In this document: positions 23,784 through 37,500 of the stretch, piece by piece
How positions within the stretch are numbered: the first letter of the stretch is position 1
Layout: the number at the start of each line of letters is the position of its first letter
Notes under the pieces: generated by a model
What the model was told of the DNA's origin: nothing
The model's input: the letters and a program-made list of their open reading frames with translations, nothing else
Database searches by the model: none
Made by a program: the position numbers and the translations under genes
Assembly (NCBI RefSeq): GCF_000485595.1
Contig: NW_014577081.1
Coordinates: 550,732-614,731 of the forward strand
Source of the DNA: Priapulus caudatus
Lineage: Eukaryota
Direction of reading: 5' to 3'
DNA: 64,000 nucleotides

Positions 23784-23971
23784 GTTACTAGCATTTAATA
23801 GATGTGTGGATTATAAATTGGGTCAAAGCCAAAAGTACCTGTGTAAATGGTAGTTATCACCAATAGATGGCGCCACTATCGAAAATGGCTACCGTTATAA
23901 AAACGTTATAAATATTAATAATAAGGACTGCAAGTTTTGTTTCCCTCTTTTATCTATTGTTAAACATACTT

Positions 23972-25445
23972 ATGTCAGTCCAACCAGCAGAACAAGCTTT
24001 CTCTCTGCACGGTGGTAGTATACCTGGTGTTGTCAGGTTATTACATGTAGCTGGGGATGCAGGAAAATTCAATGACATTGTGCACTATCCAACGTGGGAG
24101 AATGCAGCAGGAATTGTTGTGTTTTTCCCAGGTGATGTACAGGTAATTGTAAACATAATCCGTGATCGAACTGTCTCGAAGTTAGCTGGGTTAGATGAAT
24201 GGGTTGTTTATTACAGTACCAGGAAGTTAATACAATCAGAAAGGACAATCATCATTACTAGTAGTAGTAGTAGTACCAGGAGTAAGATAATATAGGATAA
24301 GATATTATCTTACTCCTGGTAGTACTACTACTAGTAGTCTAGTACTACTACTAGTAGTAGTACTACTACTACTGCTGAGAGGGTCTATGTTCCCCAGGGT
24401 ACCTACTGCCAGAACGTACCCTGGGTACGGTCCGGTATACCGGAACGTACCCTGGTACTATCTAATATGCCGGACCGTACCTCGCCTACTCCACTAACGA
24501 GTCTAGGGAGTCGCCTCCCCCTCCTCCCTACCCCTACCCATATCAGAGTTACCAGGGTACGTACCGGCAGTACCCTGGGGGACATAGACCCTATGAGCAC
24601 TACTACTAGTGCCTTTTCAATTTTGTTTTTTTCAGGATTACCCAGAAGTGATGACGCAACATCGTGATAACAAACGCTACCTGGAATGGAATGTGGATGC
24701 CACCACACAGCTGCTGCATCAGCGATTTCCACACCATTCCATCTTTCTCGTCAAACCAAGCAGCATGCACTTAGGCACGTTCAGCTGTTTTGGCAACTTC
24801 GTTGAGTCTGATGCTATTGGTAATCCGAAACACAGCTTCGGAACTAAATGTTTTCACCACTTGGCGGTGCTGCTGCAGAATGCAGTAAAGATGGCAGCAA
24901 GGCACAGGGAGAGTAAGGAAAACTGCAGCCTCGATCGGCGGCCACCCGTGTCATGTACTGCGACTGAGTCACAGCAGTGCACATTACCGGCAGCAGAGCC
25001 TGTCGCTGTGTCATCGACGGAGTCTGGAACTGGCACTTGCCAGGAATCATTGCCACTGACACTGGTGGGGTTCAGTAAAGGCTGTGTAGTTCTCAACCAG
25101 CTCCTGCACGAGCTGGAAGATGCGAGGCAATGCCACACCCTCGGTCACTTCCTACCAATGCTCAAAGCCATGTACTGGCTCGACGGCGGACACAACGGCG
25201 GCTCCAAAACGTGGGTGACTGAGCGCCCCTAGCTGTTGGAGGCCATCTGCAAGAGTGACATAGAGGTGCACGTGCATGTGACTCCATACCAGGTGAATGA
25301 TTTGTGTCGTCCATGGATTGGCAAAGAGGAGCGTATGTTCCACACACGCCTGAGGGCGTTCGGCAAGAAAGTTAACCGGCAGTTGCATTTTGAAGATGAT
25401 GGATGCAACTTGGAGAATCATTTTGGTGTGCTGCATGAATTTTAG
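23972..25445 (+). CDS. C2orf69: C2orf69 (UPF0565) homolog, 2 exons, with an in-frame TAG at 25230-25232 (possible nonsense allele or pseudogene)
   Basis: Exon 23972-24142 (...VVFFPGDVQ) and exon 24636-25445 (DYPEVM...FSCFGNFVESDAIGNP...LVGFSKGCVVLNQLLHEL...MYWLDGGHNGGSKTWVT...VHVHVTPYQV...WIGKE...ENHFGVLHEF*). These are characteristic UPF0565 motifs. Confidence 0.9.
24380..24593. mobile_element. MITE (GGGTAC/CCGGAC-rich family)
   Basis: TIR AGGGTCTATGTTCCCCAGGGTAC / GTACCCTGGGGGACATAGACCCT. Related copies occur at about 29010-29670 and 42960-43385. Confidence 0.7.
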
Positions 25446-27039
25446 ATGTCTGTTTCACAAAAACAGGCTGATGCGACATTGTACCCAACTTGATTTCCTA
25501 TTAAAATAATTCTGAGAGAGAAACTGCTTGAAAAACAAAGCTTACAGTGCATACATGAGGTCCAGGGTTCTCCCCAGGCCTTTAACTAAAAGAATGTCAA
25601 GTCCATCATAGTAGATTCATACCTTCAAAGCTAAAGATAATTGGCGGCAACCGATAAATCATTCAAAAGTGCCTTAATTTCCAGCTGTTTTTTTTTACTT
25701 TCGACAATCCCAGCACAGTCATGCTGTTCTCACATCTAGAGATCTATTTATCTCTGAACCGATAGTTTGCCTGCATATACTAGGCACCGTTTACAACACG
25801 CCCAATAGAATCCAATTAGCAGTCGTTCATGAATCGCCTGATTGCCCGACATGCCTTCTGAAATGCTAGGGAAACCCTGGGGGTGTTAACGTGAGTTATG
25901 AAGTAATGTCTCCGTTATTGATGTTGTTGATGCACATATGTTTTGCTAGACATAATTACATGCAATAATAGATGTACCCAGGATGTAGTACTAGAAACTA
26001 TATAGTGATGTACTGTTGATTATTAAAGTGCTTTTTGAAAGTCTTTCTCCAAACACCTTCATGAGGTCTAAACCATAAATATATTGACCTTAAAAGGTAA
26101 AAAAACAAAAAAATTTTGTTATTATGGCCCGAAGTGTATGAATCTAATTAATGTTTAGTCATAGTGTAATAATGTCAGGAGTAAGATAATATAGGATCCT
26201 ATATTATCTTACTCCTGATAATATCAGTATATGTTGACACCATTCCGACCCCTTTTTAAAAATTTATTTCACAGTCAAATAATGAATGAGTGTATATTCC
26301 ACAAAGGTTCTATGTTGCAGGAACAGGCAGAAGACTAAACCTAAAACCCTGTTTTATTTATCAATTTTATTTATTTATTTATTAATTTAAAGACGGTACA
26401 TTTGTAACAGATATGTCAACATATGAGCTTGCAAGCTCCTCACCGTCAAAAACCCTGTACGAAGTTTATTCACTTATAAAGGTTTACTAGAAAAATGGCT
26501 ATAAAGACATTTTATAATTGTGCACACTAGAGGATTGAGAAAAAAAGAGAGAGAGAGAGTATACTAAGTAGAGAAAAATAAAATAAATCCATAGTGCTCA
26601 CGAGAAATAAATACATGAGAAAATACATTGTACAGGATAAATACATTATCACGCAAACTGTCAGAGAAACTATTAAAAGTGACATTCAAAAAAGAAAATG
26701 CAAAATATAAAGGATCCTGGAGGTGTTGAGGGAGGGAGATAGGAGGACAGGGGAGGGAGGTGGGAGGAGAGGGGGAGGGAGGCGGGAGGAGAGGGGGAGG
26801 GAGGCGGGAGGAAGACAACCCCCTGTACCCCCTCCTTTATAATAATTCTGATTGTCACCGTGTCCCTGCCTCCTAAACCCTATAAATAACTACACCGTGA
26901 CTGCCCCAGATCGTCTGTGAGACGGAATAGTCTAAAGCAGGCACGTAACCAGCAAAAAAATAAACTACTTACAGTAGTGACATGTCCTTAGGGCACAGAG
27001 CGAACGTAGACTCATGGCAAACGCCGTCAGCTCGTGAAC

Positions 27040-27760
27040 CGACTACTGAGGCGTGTTCAACAGCGCGAACGCTTGCGTGCGCTTGCCTTCTGAACAACAC
27101 TGCGCGGTCGAGCGCTCGCGAGCGCGCGTGATCCTGCTCGCGAGACTGTTCGCGCAGCGCGCGGGTTTTCAAGATGGCGACGGGAAATCTGGCAAATGCG
27201 AATCTAACATTTCTGACTTCAATTTCAATCTATTTCAACTTTATTTCATTTTTCATTCATTCATTCACTTCTGAATTCAATTCGTATCAATTTCGTCTGC
27301 TAATTCGTTTCACAGTACTTGTTTGAAGACCGCTGCTGTGGAAGCCGCCATGAGCCTCTGAGGCGTGTTCAACAGCGCGAACGCTCGTAGCACGAACGCA
27401 GCGCCACTTGAACGACACGCGAGCGCTCGCTTTATCCAAGATGGCGGCCCACATGGCGGCTTCCTCATCAGATTTTAATCGCAAGATTTTCATGTCTTCG
27501 AACAAGTACTGTTAAACGAATTAGCAGGCGAAATTGATACGAATTGAATTCAGAAGTGAATGAAAGAATGAAAAATAAAATGAAGTTGAAATAGATTGAA
27601 ATTGAAGTCAGAAATGTTGGATTCGCATTCGCCAGATTGCCCGTCGCCATCTCAAAAACAACTCGCGCGCTGCGCGAACAGTCTCGGGAGCAGGATTGCG
27701 AGCGCTCGACCACACAGTGTCGTTCAGAAGGCAAGCGTTCGTGCTGTTGAACACGCCTCT
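27040..27760. repeat. Large GC-rich inverted repeat (foldback element)
   Basis: Arm at about 27048-27330 is the reverse complement of about 27490-27760 (GAGGCGTGTTCAACAGC...GCTGTTGAACACGCCTC). Confidence 0.75.
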
Positions 27761-27826
27761 GGTGTGCATACACGCGCAGTTCACGCGCAGAGGGGATATC
27801 ATTGTCACGTCAAATATGACGTCCTC

Positions 27827-28362
27827 GCGCCATCTATCGGTAGAAATAATTTATATGCGCACATTGTATGTTGCATGTAACCGTAAAATGCATTATTAAA
27901 GATATTATAATACTCTAAAACGTATTTAACGTAGAGTGGATGGAAGAGGAGATGAAGATGTCATATTTGATCAAAGTCGCTGCTACATTATTGAAATACA
28001 TACATCGAAGTGTAGGATGGGAATTTCACGGCCAAACCTTCACCAATCTTATCCATTAAATGTTGTTCTGGCTGGCAGCTATGGATCCGTGCGCCGACCT
28101 ATGCATTCGGCGCACGGATCCATAGCTGCCAGCGCTGCATACTGTCGTAGGACGTTCCCGCGTGCGCCTTGCCGCGGAACTGCGCGCAAGATCTGCGCTC
28201 AGCGCTTCGGATGAACACCTCCTTTCGGCAACGCTTCTCTAGTATCCCGTCTCATCTGGATCCGTCCCTGCGTTTAACTATTATAATACATTTAATATTG
28301 CGTTTTACGGTTACACAACATACAATGTGCGCATGTGAATTATTTCTCCCGATAGATGGCGT
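27827..28362. mobile_element. MITE with about 90-bp imperfect TIRs just upstream of PRP18
   Basis: CGCCATCTATCGGTAGAAATAATT...GTAACCGTAAAATGC vs GCGTTTTACGGTTAC...AATTATTTCTCCCGATAGATGGCG, with a perfect internal hairpin. Confidence 0.7.
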
Positions 28363-28512
28363 GAAGATGTCTGATCAAAGTCGCTGCTACATTATTGAAC
28401 GTATGAAACCTTTTTATATTAACACAAGGTGGCGCAACAACCGCGAAATGCTCCGTACGTGTTGCCAGTTGCGTAGATGCTGTACATAAGTTTGCTTTGT
28501 AGGTCTATCGCA

Positions 28513-31500
28513 ATGGATTTTTTAAAATCTGAAATACAGAAGAAACGAAAGCAGCTCGAGGAGAAAAATATCGTCGTAAGTAGCTTATTTCTGCTGCTTG
28601 AGTGTGTATACGTACTACTACCAGGCCGATCGAAGAGCCCTACCAGGCTCTACGACTGACGTAGTGTCTAGTGACGAGCCCGTTGTATTGTCTATTGACA
28701 CTGACACTGACAGTTTCACGTCCTCGCCACGCACTACTACTAATAGCACTAGTACTACTACTACAGTACAGTACTAGTACTACTACTACTACTAGTATTA
28801 ATAAATAGTAATAGTAATACTAATAGTGGCTCAGGGATAGAGAAGATGTACAGTCCTATCTTATCAACTAACATCATCCTATCCAATCACCGTACTGGCA
28901 CTGGACATCATCTCTATCCTTGAACCCTAATAGTAATGCCTACTATCTCTATTACTATTAGTATTACTATTAGTTACATTTAATTATTGATGTATTGTCT
29001 TGTCTGGTACTGTACTAATGTCTCCCAGGGCCAGGGTACTGCCGGAATGTGGTACCCTGGGTACGGTCCGGTATACCGGAACATACCCTGGTAACTATTT
29101 GATATGGTTAGGGTTATGGAGTAGGCGTAGCTGTTGTGCCCAAACTTGGAATCTTGCACAAACTTGGAATTTCAGCGCATCCGCAGTTTGGGCAACCAAT
29201 CTTGAGATTGGGCAAACAGAGGTAAACAGGGCTTGCACACACATATGATTATTAGGATTTCAAATGTTATATCATATAACTATAAGGTCGTATACCTTCT
29301 TTCCTCAATGTGTTTGGCACCTTTGTATAAATATTAAATCAAATAAATGATTATAATATTAATAATTAATTGGATAAATATGAGAAATACCTTACTAGTT
29401 TGCACCACGCACACCACACACTCGCTATGAGCGGTTGTTGAATCACCGGCTGTTTTCAGTTTGCCCAATCTTGAGATTGGTCAGCCAAACTAGGGAATCC
29501 GCAGTTTGGGCAGCGCAATCGCTGCACAATCTCGAGATTGGGCAGATTCCAAGTTTGGGTACGACATAGCCGACTCCCTAGACTCGTTAGTGGAGTTGGC
29601 GAGGTACGGTCCGGCATATTAGATTGTACCAGGGTACGTTCTGGCAGTACCCTAGGGGACATAGAACTTCTCAGCATCAGCGTCAATATGGATCGCTTTG
29701 ACAATTGATGTTCTAAATTTTTTTCACGTTTTCTTTACCGCTTAATTCAGTTTTTAAATGAAGCCACATCAGGAGCAGTCTTGGTAGTAGGTGGTAGGGC
29801 ATTCCATGTTGGTATTGTCCGAGGATAAAGCGAGTATCTATATATAACAGTCTTTGTTGGGACAGATGACATTGTAATTCAGTTCATGTGCTTGACGAGT
29901 AGTGGGTCTGGCTGAAGCATTGCTTGCCAGGTGGTGACTGATGTTGGATGGAGAATGTTTGTGATATAGTTATGAGACATGCCTTTTCCCTTCTGTCTTG
30001 AAGTGTATCCCAACTAGTTGAGATCACGAAGCATATCAGTAACACTGCTGGTGCGTCTGTGGTCATTTTTCACAAACCTAACAGCGCTCCGCTGGACCTT
30101 TTCTAAATTTTCCTGATTAATTTTCTGGTATGGGTCCCAGATTGGGCTGCAATATTCCAGCCTTGGCCTCACAAGGGTTTTATAAGAAATTTCTTTGGTG
30201 TGAGCGGAACAGTTTCAAAGGTTCCTTCTCAGCAATCCCAAAATACTGTTTGATTTGTTAACGTTTTGATTTATGTGGTTAGCCCATGATAAATTGCTGG
30301 ATATCTCAATCCCCAAGTAAGGATGGTGATTCACAGATTTGAGAGTAGAACTTCCCATGTGATAGTGGTGTGGGGTGAAACTTTTCTGATGGATCACGTG
30401 CATGATGAAACACTTGGAAGTATTAAAATTCATCTGCCAAGTTTCCTCCCATTTACAGCGAGAGTTGATGTCTTCCTGTAATGTATCACAGTCCTCAGGG
30501 GAGTTGATAGTTTTGTACAAAATCAAATCATCTGCAAAAAGTTTCACTTCAGATGTAACCCACTCTGGGAGATTGTTTATGTATGCTAAAAACAACAGGG
30601 GACCAAGAACAGTCCCCTGGGGAACTCCAGAAATTACTGCTGAGCTAGGGGATGCCTGGCCGTCAATGACGACACTTTGCTGGCGTTCTGTCAGGTGTGA
30701 TGTAATGTATCTAAACCTCTTTTGCCCCCCCCCCACGCTAGCTTAGTACTTAGTAGTAGCTATGGTACAGTTGACCTCGCTTAATTCGTTATCACGTTAT
30801 TCGTAGAATGCGAATGAACTAAACGTGGTCCCAATATAATTTCTCTTCTTTATTCCCTTTAATTTCCGTTGTATAATTCGTATTCTGTAATTCGTAATTC
30901 GTACAAAACCACTAGTCCAATTAACATTATTCAATTCAAAATGACACTCGTAATTCGTAGGTGATGTTTGTTTATGCAAGCAACATTTTATCTGAACCGA
31001 CGATCGCCTGTAGATCGCAACTGAGTTTACATGAGTTGTTGCTGTGTGCACTGATTGTTTCATTTGCATTGTTTGCTTGGACTCATTGTTTTTTTTTCAG
31101 CTCACGTGGAAACAGTTGCATCGCGTCGCATAAGTAGTTCATGTAGATATAAAGCCTGGCGAAATGTCAGCTTGACACCCCCCAAGTCGTCGAAATACCG
31201 GCTTTGTAATTCGTCAAAATGTCGATATACGCGCATAAGTCGTCATTTGGGCGACTTAAGAGGTGGACACACTAGGCGATTTTTCATGTGGTTGAGCCGG
31301 CCGGCTGAAATCGCCTAGTGTGTCCAGTGAGTCGCGGTAGATTTTCGAGTCGGCCGGCTGAGTCGCCCGAATCAAACATGTTTGATAATTATTGCGCGAC
31401 TATATACAATGCACACCCGAACAATGCAGTACTATACAATGCTCTACTACGCGCGCCCGAATGTACAATTCATCAGCCAATCAAACGGTGCCATTTTCAG

Positions 31501-34500
31501 TCATGTGACTATCATCATCATTCAGCCGGGCGGCTCAATCGCATGAAAAATCGGTTAGTGTGTCCACAGCTAGTCGCCCGACTCAGCCGCCCGACTCTCA
31601 GCCGGGCAGCTCAATCGCATGAAAAATCGACTAGTGTGTCCACAGCTTTACATATAGATCTTTTTATTACAATGTTAAACTTTCATTCATAAATCATTGT
31701 TTACACAAATTGTCTGTCTATTTCGTGGTTTCTACGGATTAAATAGAATTCGTAGAAAATGCGAATTAAGTCTAATTCGTTGATTATGTAATTTGTAGAA
31801 AATGCCATGATCCTGTATGATACGAATTAAGCGAGGTTGACTTTACATATCTAATATTAAATAAAGGTATTTTTAACTTAGCTCTTGACCCCGGGGGGTG
31901 GGGCACTCCCATCACTCCGACCCCCGTACTGGGGACGTGCTGCTGGACAGGGTCTATTTTCCGAACATCATTATTGGCACAGGGTTATCTAGATACCCAG
32001 CAAGCAAGCTGATATTGGTCCAATATTGGCAAAACAATATTGGGCCAATATCACCAGGCCGATATTGGACCAATATAGGCAAGCCAATATTGCAACAGGG
32101 TATACTTTTCAGTACAGTATATTGGGACAGGGTGTATTTTAGGGCGCAAAGTTTGCGACAGGGTCAGGTGTTCAAGGTCCCCGAGGCACCCTTCTACCCA
32201 GTGCCGAGGCGAGTGCCCTCCCGGGGGTGGGGGGGGCTCTTAATAACACCATTGTCACCAATAACACGCCAGATAGAGTAGGATATATATGTCCTAAAAA
32301 TTGTTTATAGTCCAGTGCCATTCTAGGGTTACTATATCTGTACATATGTATGTATGTGTGGCATCGTGGGAACCTACCTAGTGCATTCGGACGGACTTGC
32401 GGCCACGGTTTTTGCGCGCAGCGCACAGCTCGCGGCGAAGCCCCGCCCCAACAGCGAATACGCCGCCCCCTTTTTGTCCACTTAGACAAATACCTTAGAC
32501 AGGGGTATGAAAACGAACTCCGCGAAAACTGGGCGCAATCCAACCGACATTTCGCGATGGACGGCTTGAGGCCATCTCCAAACGGCCTCTATACTTTTTT
32601 TGGGGTGGCGCGCCTCATGGCTAAGACGTAGTGGCTCCTACAAGAAATTCCAAGAAATGCTGTCAATCAGCGATGATGCGCTCGCTCATTGGCCGCTACG
32701 CGATGACGTGCGCTACTGCCGAGTATAGCGTTATGTCTATCACAGAGCTTTTAACGAAGTGTCATACGGCGCTCCATGTGGGGGGGCGCGGTCTAGATGC
32801 TATCTCCAAAAGCGGCGCCACCGTGGCGCGCCTGGCTGCGTACGTACCACGTTTCGACCAACCTCCTGACCCCGCGCTGCCCGTGGCGACGGCACGTCGT
32901 GCGAGCACCTGCGCCGGCGTGGCTGGCGTGGCAAACCAGCAGCAGCACCAAATACTGGTCCCTGCTAGTGCTAGCTGCTGCAGCGCGGCTCTGGAGCAGC
33001 AAAGCAGCAGAAGCAGGAAATGCCCTCCCCCCAAGGCCGCCGTAGTCAAGCCTGTGTACATCTGACGAAAACTGCGCGATGTTACGCTTCCCGCTATACG
33101 GATTCGCGCGCCCGCCCACCTTCGGCGTGCGAATTCGTATAGCGGGCAGCGCGAGATGCTACATACAACACCCCGCGGTCGCGTGCGTCCCAGTCCCGCG
33201 GAAGTGCGCGGCTTAACCGCTCTCGGCGGTCGGGGAATAACGCATCTTTTGCGCAACGCCATCTTGTACTCGGTCTCTCTGGATGCAAGAGGATATTGCC
33301 TTGTCCTGGCGATAGGCGACACGCGAAACTCCACTAGCCAGCAAGGAGTCACACTACAAACTCTATGTTCTACAGTACAGACCAAGCTGTGCTAGATTAG
33401 TCACTTACAAATAATATCAGACAAGGAGTGATGTAAATGTCATTCAAATGCTCGAAAACTCATGATATAGCAATTGGCGTTGACTGGCGGAATCTATAGT
33501 CTTGAGACAATGGCAGAATTCACACTACTAATTAATGCTACTGCTATTGTCTGGCAATAAATAATCGATATGAATTGTGTCATTTACACCCGTGTCATTG
33601 CTATTTCAGTGTCCAGGTAAGAAGTATTTTAAGCGTGGTGATCTTATTGCACAGCAGACTGAAGCTTACTGGGAAAAGCATCATGGAAAGACTGAGCAAG
33701 AAGAGCAGACAGTAAGTGACATAGAGTTGTGCGTATAGAATGAGGGCGCTATGGGTGTGTGACTATGAATAGTTTTTTTTCACATCCCTTAGTGAACTAG
33801 CATAATAACACGCGAGTATATCAGATGTGTATGTTCTTGTAATCCTTTCGTTACACCAGAGTGTATGTATAATATTATATATTATTTTTGATATAAAGCA
33901 GAGATTTACATGGTTTTGTGTTCAGCAAACGAATCGTAGTTTCACCAAAGCCAATACACCAAAACAGAACAACGCAAATGCAGACTTTCACGTAACAGTC
34001 TCCTGCCAAACTCTTTCACTCTTGACTCTGACCCCCTCTCAAAATCCAAACAACGTTGATATAGCTCCATTATTCTCCTACATATCGCCCCCCCCCCCAC
34101 CTGTCCACTTAAACCAGAGCTCCTCTTCTGAATTTACAATTCACAATGTAACAATAAATGCTCGAATGGTCCGATTATGAGCCTACGCTGTGAACATGAA
34201 TACGTATTTAAATAAACAAGTCCCAGAACACCCCTAACATCTACGCTTTTAATCACAATGAAAACTAGTTCCCAGAAACTAGCATAGCTCCTAAAACTCC
34301 GTCTGCAAAATACGTGAGCACTGCATTCTTTTACTTATCCTATGCTAACATGATATATCTCATCTTCATTAAAATAACTGAAATGGCACATCTCGGTATT
34401 TTCCTATATAGAAATGTTGCAATTACGTGGCATTTTAATTTAGCAGGTGGCTAGGGACACAAATGAAGAAGCCATGGTTCCTGTAGTATCAGCAACTGAT

Positions 34501-37500
34501 TTTGTTAAAGATCCGCAAAAGCCAATGCTGTCACGTAAAGAGGTAAGACTACATTCCCACGTGCTGCATGAATGATGCACAATATGTAAAGTTGCATTAG
34601 TATCCATTTGCTAAACTGTTATAGAAGCATCATATATAAGATGTGGGGCAATTGCTGAGCCAGTTTTTAAAAAGTGTGTTTTATATGCTGTAATTGTGGT
34701 AGTTCATGTTCAGAGTAGTTGAATATTCAACATTACAATATCATTGAGTAATTACATGCATTATGGATATATACAATGTAACATTATTTCAAGGTTTGTA
34801 GCTTTAAACTTAGTAACACGTAAGGCTAAGGTCGAGTCAGAGTTGTATATATTACTACACTAGGCTGTCGAAATGGTACAACAGGGGTTAACAGAGTATG
34901 TACTGCACAATTAAGGCTATTTCAGAAGCCATTGAACGAAAGTAGTTTCTGCCAAGGATGACAGTTAATTACAATTTTCAAAAATTATGAAATAGCATTA
35001 TTGCAGTAACACCCCTTAGTGTACTTGGAAGTTTTTTCTCTAGGTATATTTATGCTAGCACCTATAGTCAATGTTCTTGATACGTGATTTCTATGCTATT
35101 AAAAGCAATGTTCTAAATGCATCTGATCCTAAATGATCCTTACACAAGCGTGGCAAAATTGATTCAATGATTCTGAAAATGGGATGGTCAACAAATGTGG
35201 TGCCACCCAAGCGAAGCTTCCACAAGGTGCATAAAACATGGTGATGTAATTGGTTTAGAGATGTTATTAATCTTAGGTCATAAGGCGACTAAGAGAACGA
35301 GGGGAACCCATACTACTCTTTGGAGAGACAGAGTGCGATACCTTCCAACGACTTCGCAAGCTTGAAATTCTTGAACCAGAAAAAGTGGTATGTGTTTATA
35401 CGATGACAATTTAATTTTAAGGTGACTAGTTTTCTTTGCCATGGGTGTGATATTTGACTGTAACTTTACTGGTAGTAGGACACCCATTCTATCTTATACT
35501 ACCATGTACCTTTGCATGCATTTGATTCAAATATTAAAAAAGGCTTAAGATTAATATAACTGTTATGACAAGCTACCCTGCCAGTGAATCGCATGACTAT
35601 GCATTTTACATCAGATATCTCTGTAGCCTGGAATGGATAGACGCCCATATGTTTAAAACTATATGTTTATATAGCTTTCCACAATTTACTAATTTATCTA
35701 TTGATGGTATTATGTTTGAAATATCTGTGCGTGTATAAGCAAACATCCCCAAAATTTACAGCATTGTGTTATTAATGCGTACTAATGTAAAAAACAACAA
35801 CATATTTCTGTAGAAATAAGCTCGATTTTTCAACGTATTCGTTATTTAGTTACTATGGGGATCATATTTAAATTTCCGTGTTGCATTGGATACAGGGAAT
35901 GAGGAATGATTTCAAAACAGCGATGGACAAAATGGACCAGGAGTATTTCAATGAAGTTGCTAAGGCAGAAATTGGCAGCACGTCATCTGAGCCATCAGCA
36001 ACCCATGTCAGCATAAAGGATGATGGTACAACTCTTCAGGAAATACTTGTAAGGACCAGGCTATTCTTCTGCTGGATTTATTATGTATAGTCTGCTGTCA
36101 AAACTTATGTCTAGACTTGTGCTTTTTATGTTAGCTTATCAGGAGGAGAATCTAATTTAGGGTATACTGTAGTATTAATAAGTCAACTACAACATCTAAA
36201 AAAAAAAAAAAATCATGAACGTTTGTATAGTATAAGTAATCTCATGGTCTGATATATACATACATACATACATACATACATACATACATACATACATACA
36301 TACATACATACATACATACATACATACATACATACATACATACATACATACATACATACATACATACATACATACATACATACATACATGTAGATTTCTT
36401 TCCTCTAAGTCTATATAATGAGGTTGTAATGAAAAAATACAGTTTGTTTTAAATTGAATAATAATAATAACTCCAGCTCTTACTTGTTTCTCATTCTAGG
36501 AGTTTGCAAAGGATCTAGGCACTGGAGACAATGATCTGGATTGTGACACTGTGCTAAAGTTTGGAAAGGTAAACAGATGACAGGCTGTTGCAGGGGTCGA
36601 AATAAGCGATGGTCTGATGGTCCGATGGTCCGGGCCCATCAAATAATCAGGAGGACCATCAGATTTTCAAAGTCAATGGTTCGATGGACCATTGATTATT
36701 TTGGTCCCATTTTACGGTAATTTTCTTTGAAGTTTCCACGTTCCAATATACTGTTAAAGGGATTACGTCACGAATTTTCTATGGTAAAATTTGTATAAAC
36801 AAAATTCCCATTTGTTTACATTAAAAGTAAGAACTAACGGGACTAAACAAATCGCCAAATTCTTACCTGATAAGATTGTTTCTCAACTAGTTAAAAATCC
36901 AAAAAACCTGAACGATTTGAATTAATGTTGTCTAACATTAATTGCTTGCTATGGGCTATGTATGGGTCACGAGTGTATGTTCACATCGAACAATATAGTA
37001 AAATAGGAAGTATAATGCAGCAATTTAACCATAAAATGTAAACAGAATTACTTATATTTTGTGAAAAAGTGGAAATATTTTTTTCATTTTTTATTATTTA
37101 CGGTGACGTAATCACTTTAAAGTGAATAAACAATTACTGTATCGTTTGATACATTTATTGTAATGTAGGTGAATAATTAAACCATTTTATCACGATGTAA
37201 AATTTCTTTCTTATGCTTGCACGCCGCATTACTTTTAGAGAACAATTTTTAAATTTAGGAGAACCATCTAAAATTTAGGAGGACCATCTAAATTTCAAAC
37301 TAGATGGACCTGTGGACCATCTCATTTTTTCTCCTTATTTCTACCCCTGCTGTTTTATCTGCTATTACCTTTCCTATGCAGAGACTCGTGTTTATAATGT
37401 GTTATACATTTGGTTAGTGAAAATATATAAATTAGCTATGACTTTTCTTTGTCTCTTTCATAATCTCTCATTGAATAGCTTTTAAAAAAATAAAATAATT

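Noticed and set aside
25230..25232. Selenocysteine or pyrrolysine recoding
   Set aside because: Sec uses UGA, and Pyl is not known in animals. I saw no SECIS-like element.
32350..33395. GC-rich overlapping ORFs (up to 207 aa) in PRP18 intron 1
   Set aside because: No recognisable domain and ORFs on both strands. Probably the GC-rich interior of a repeat.
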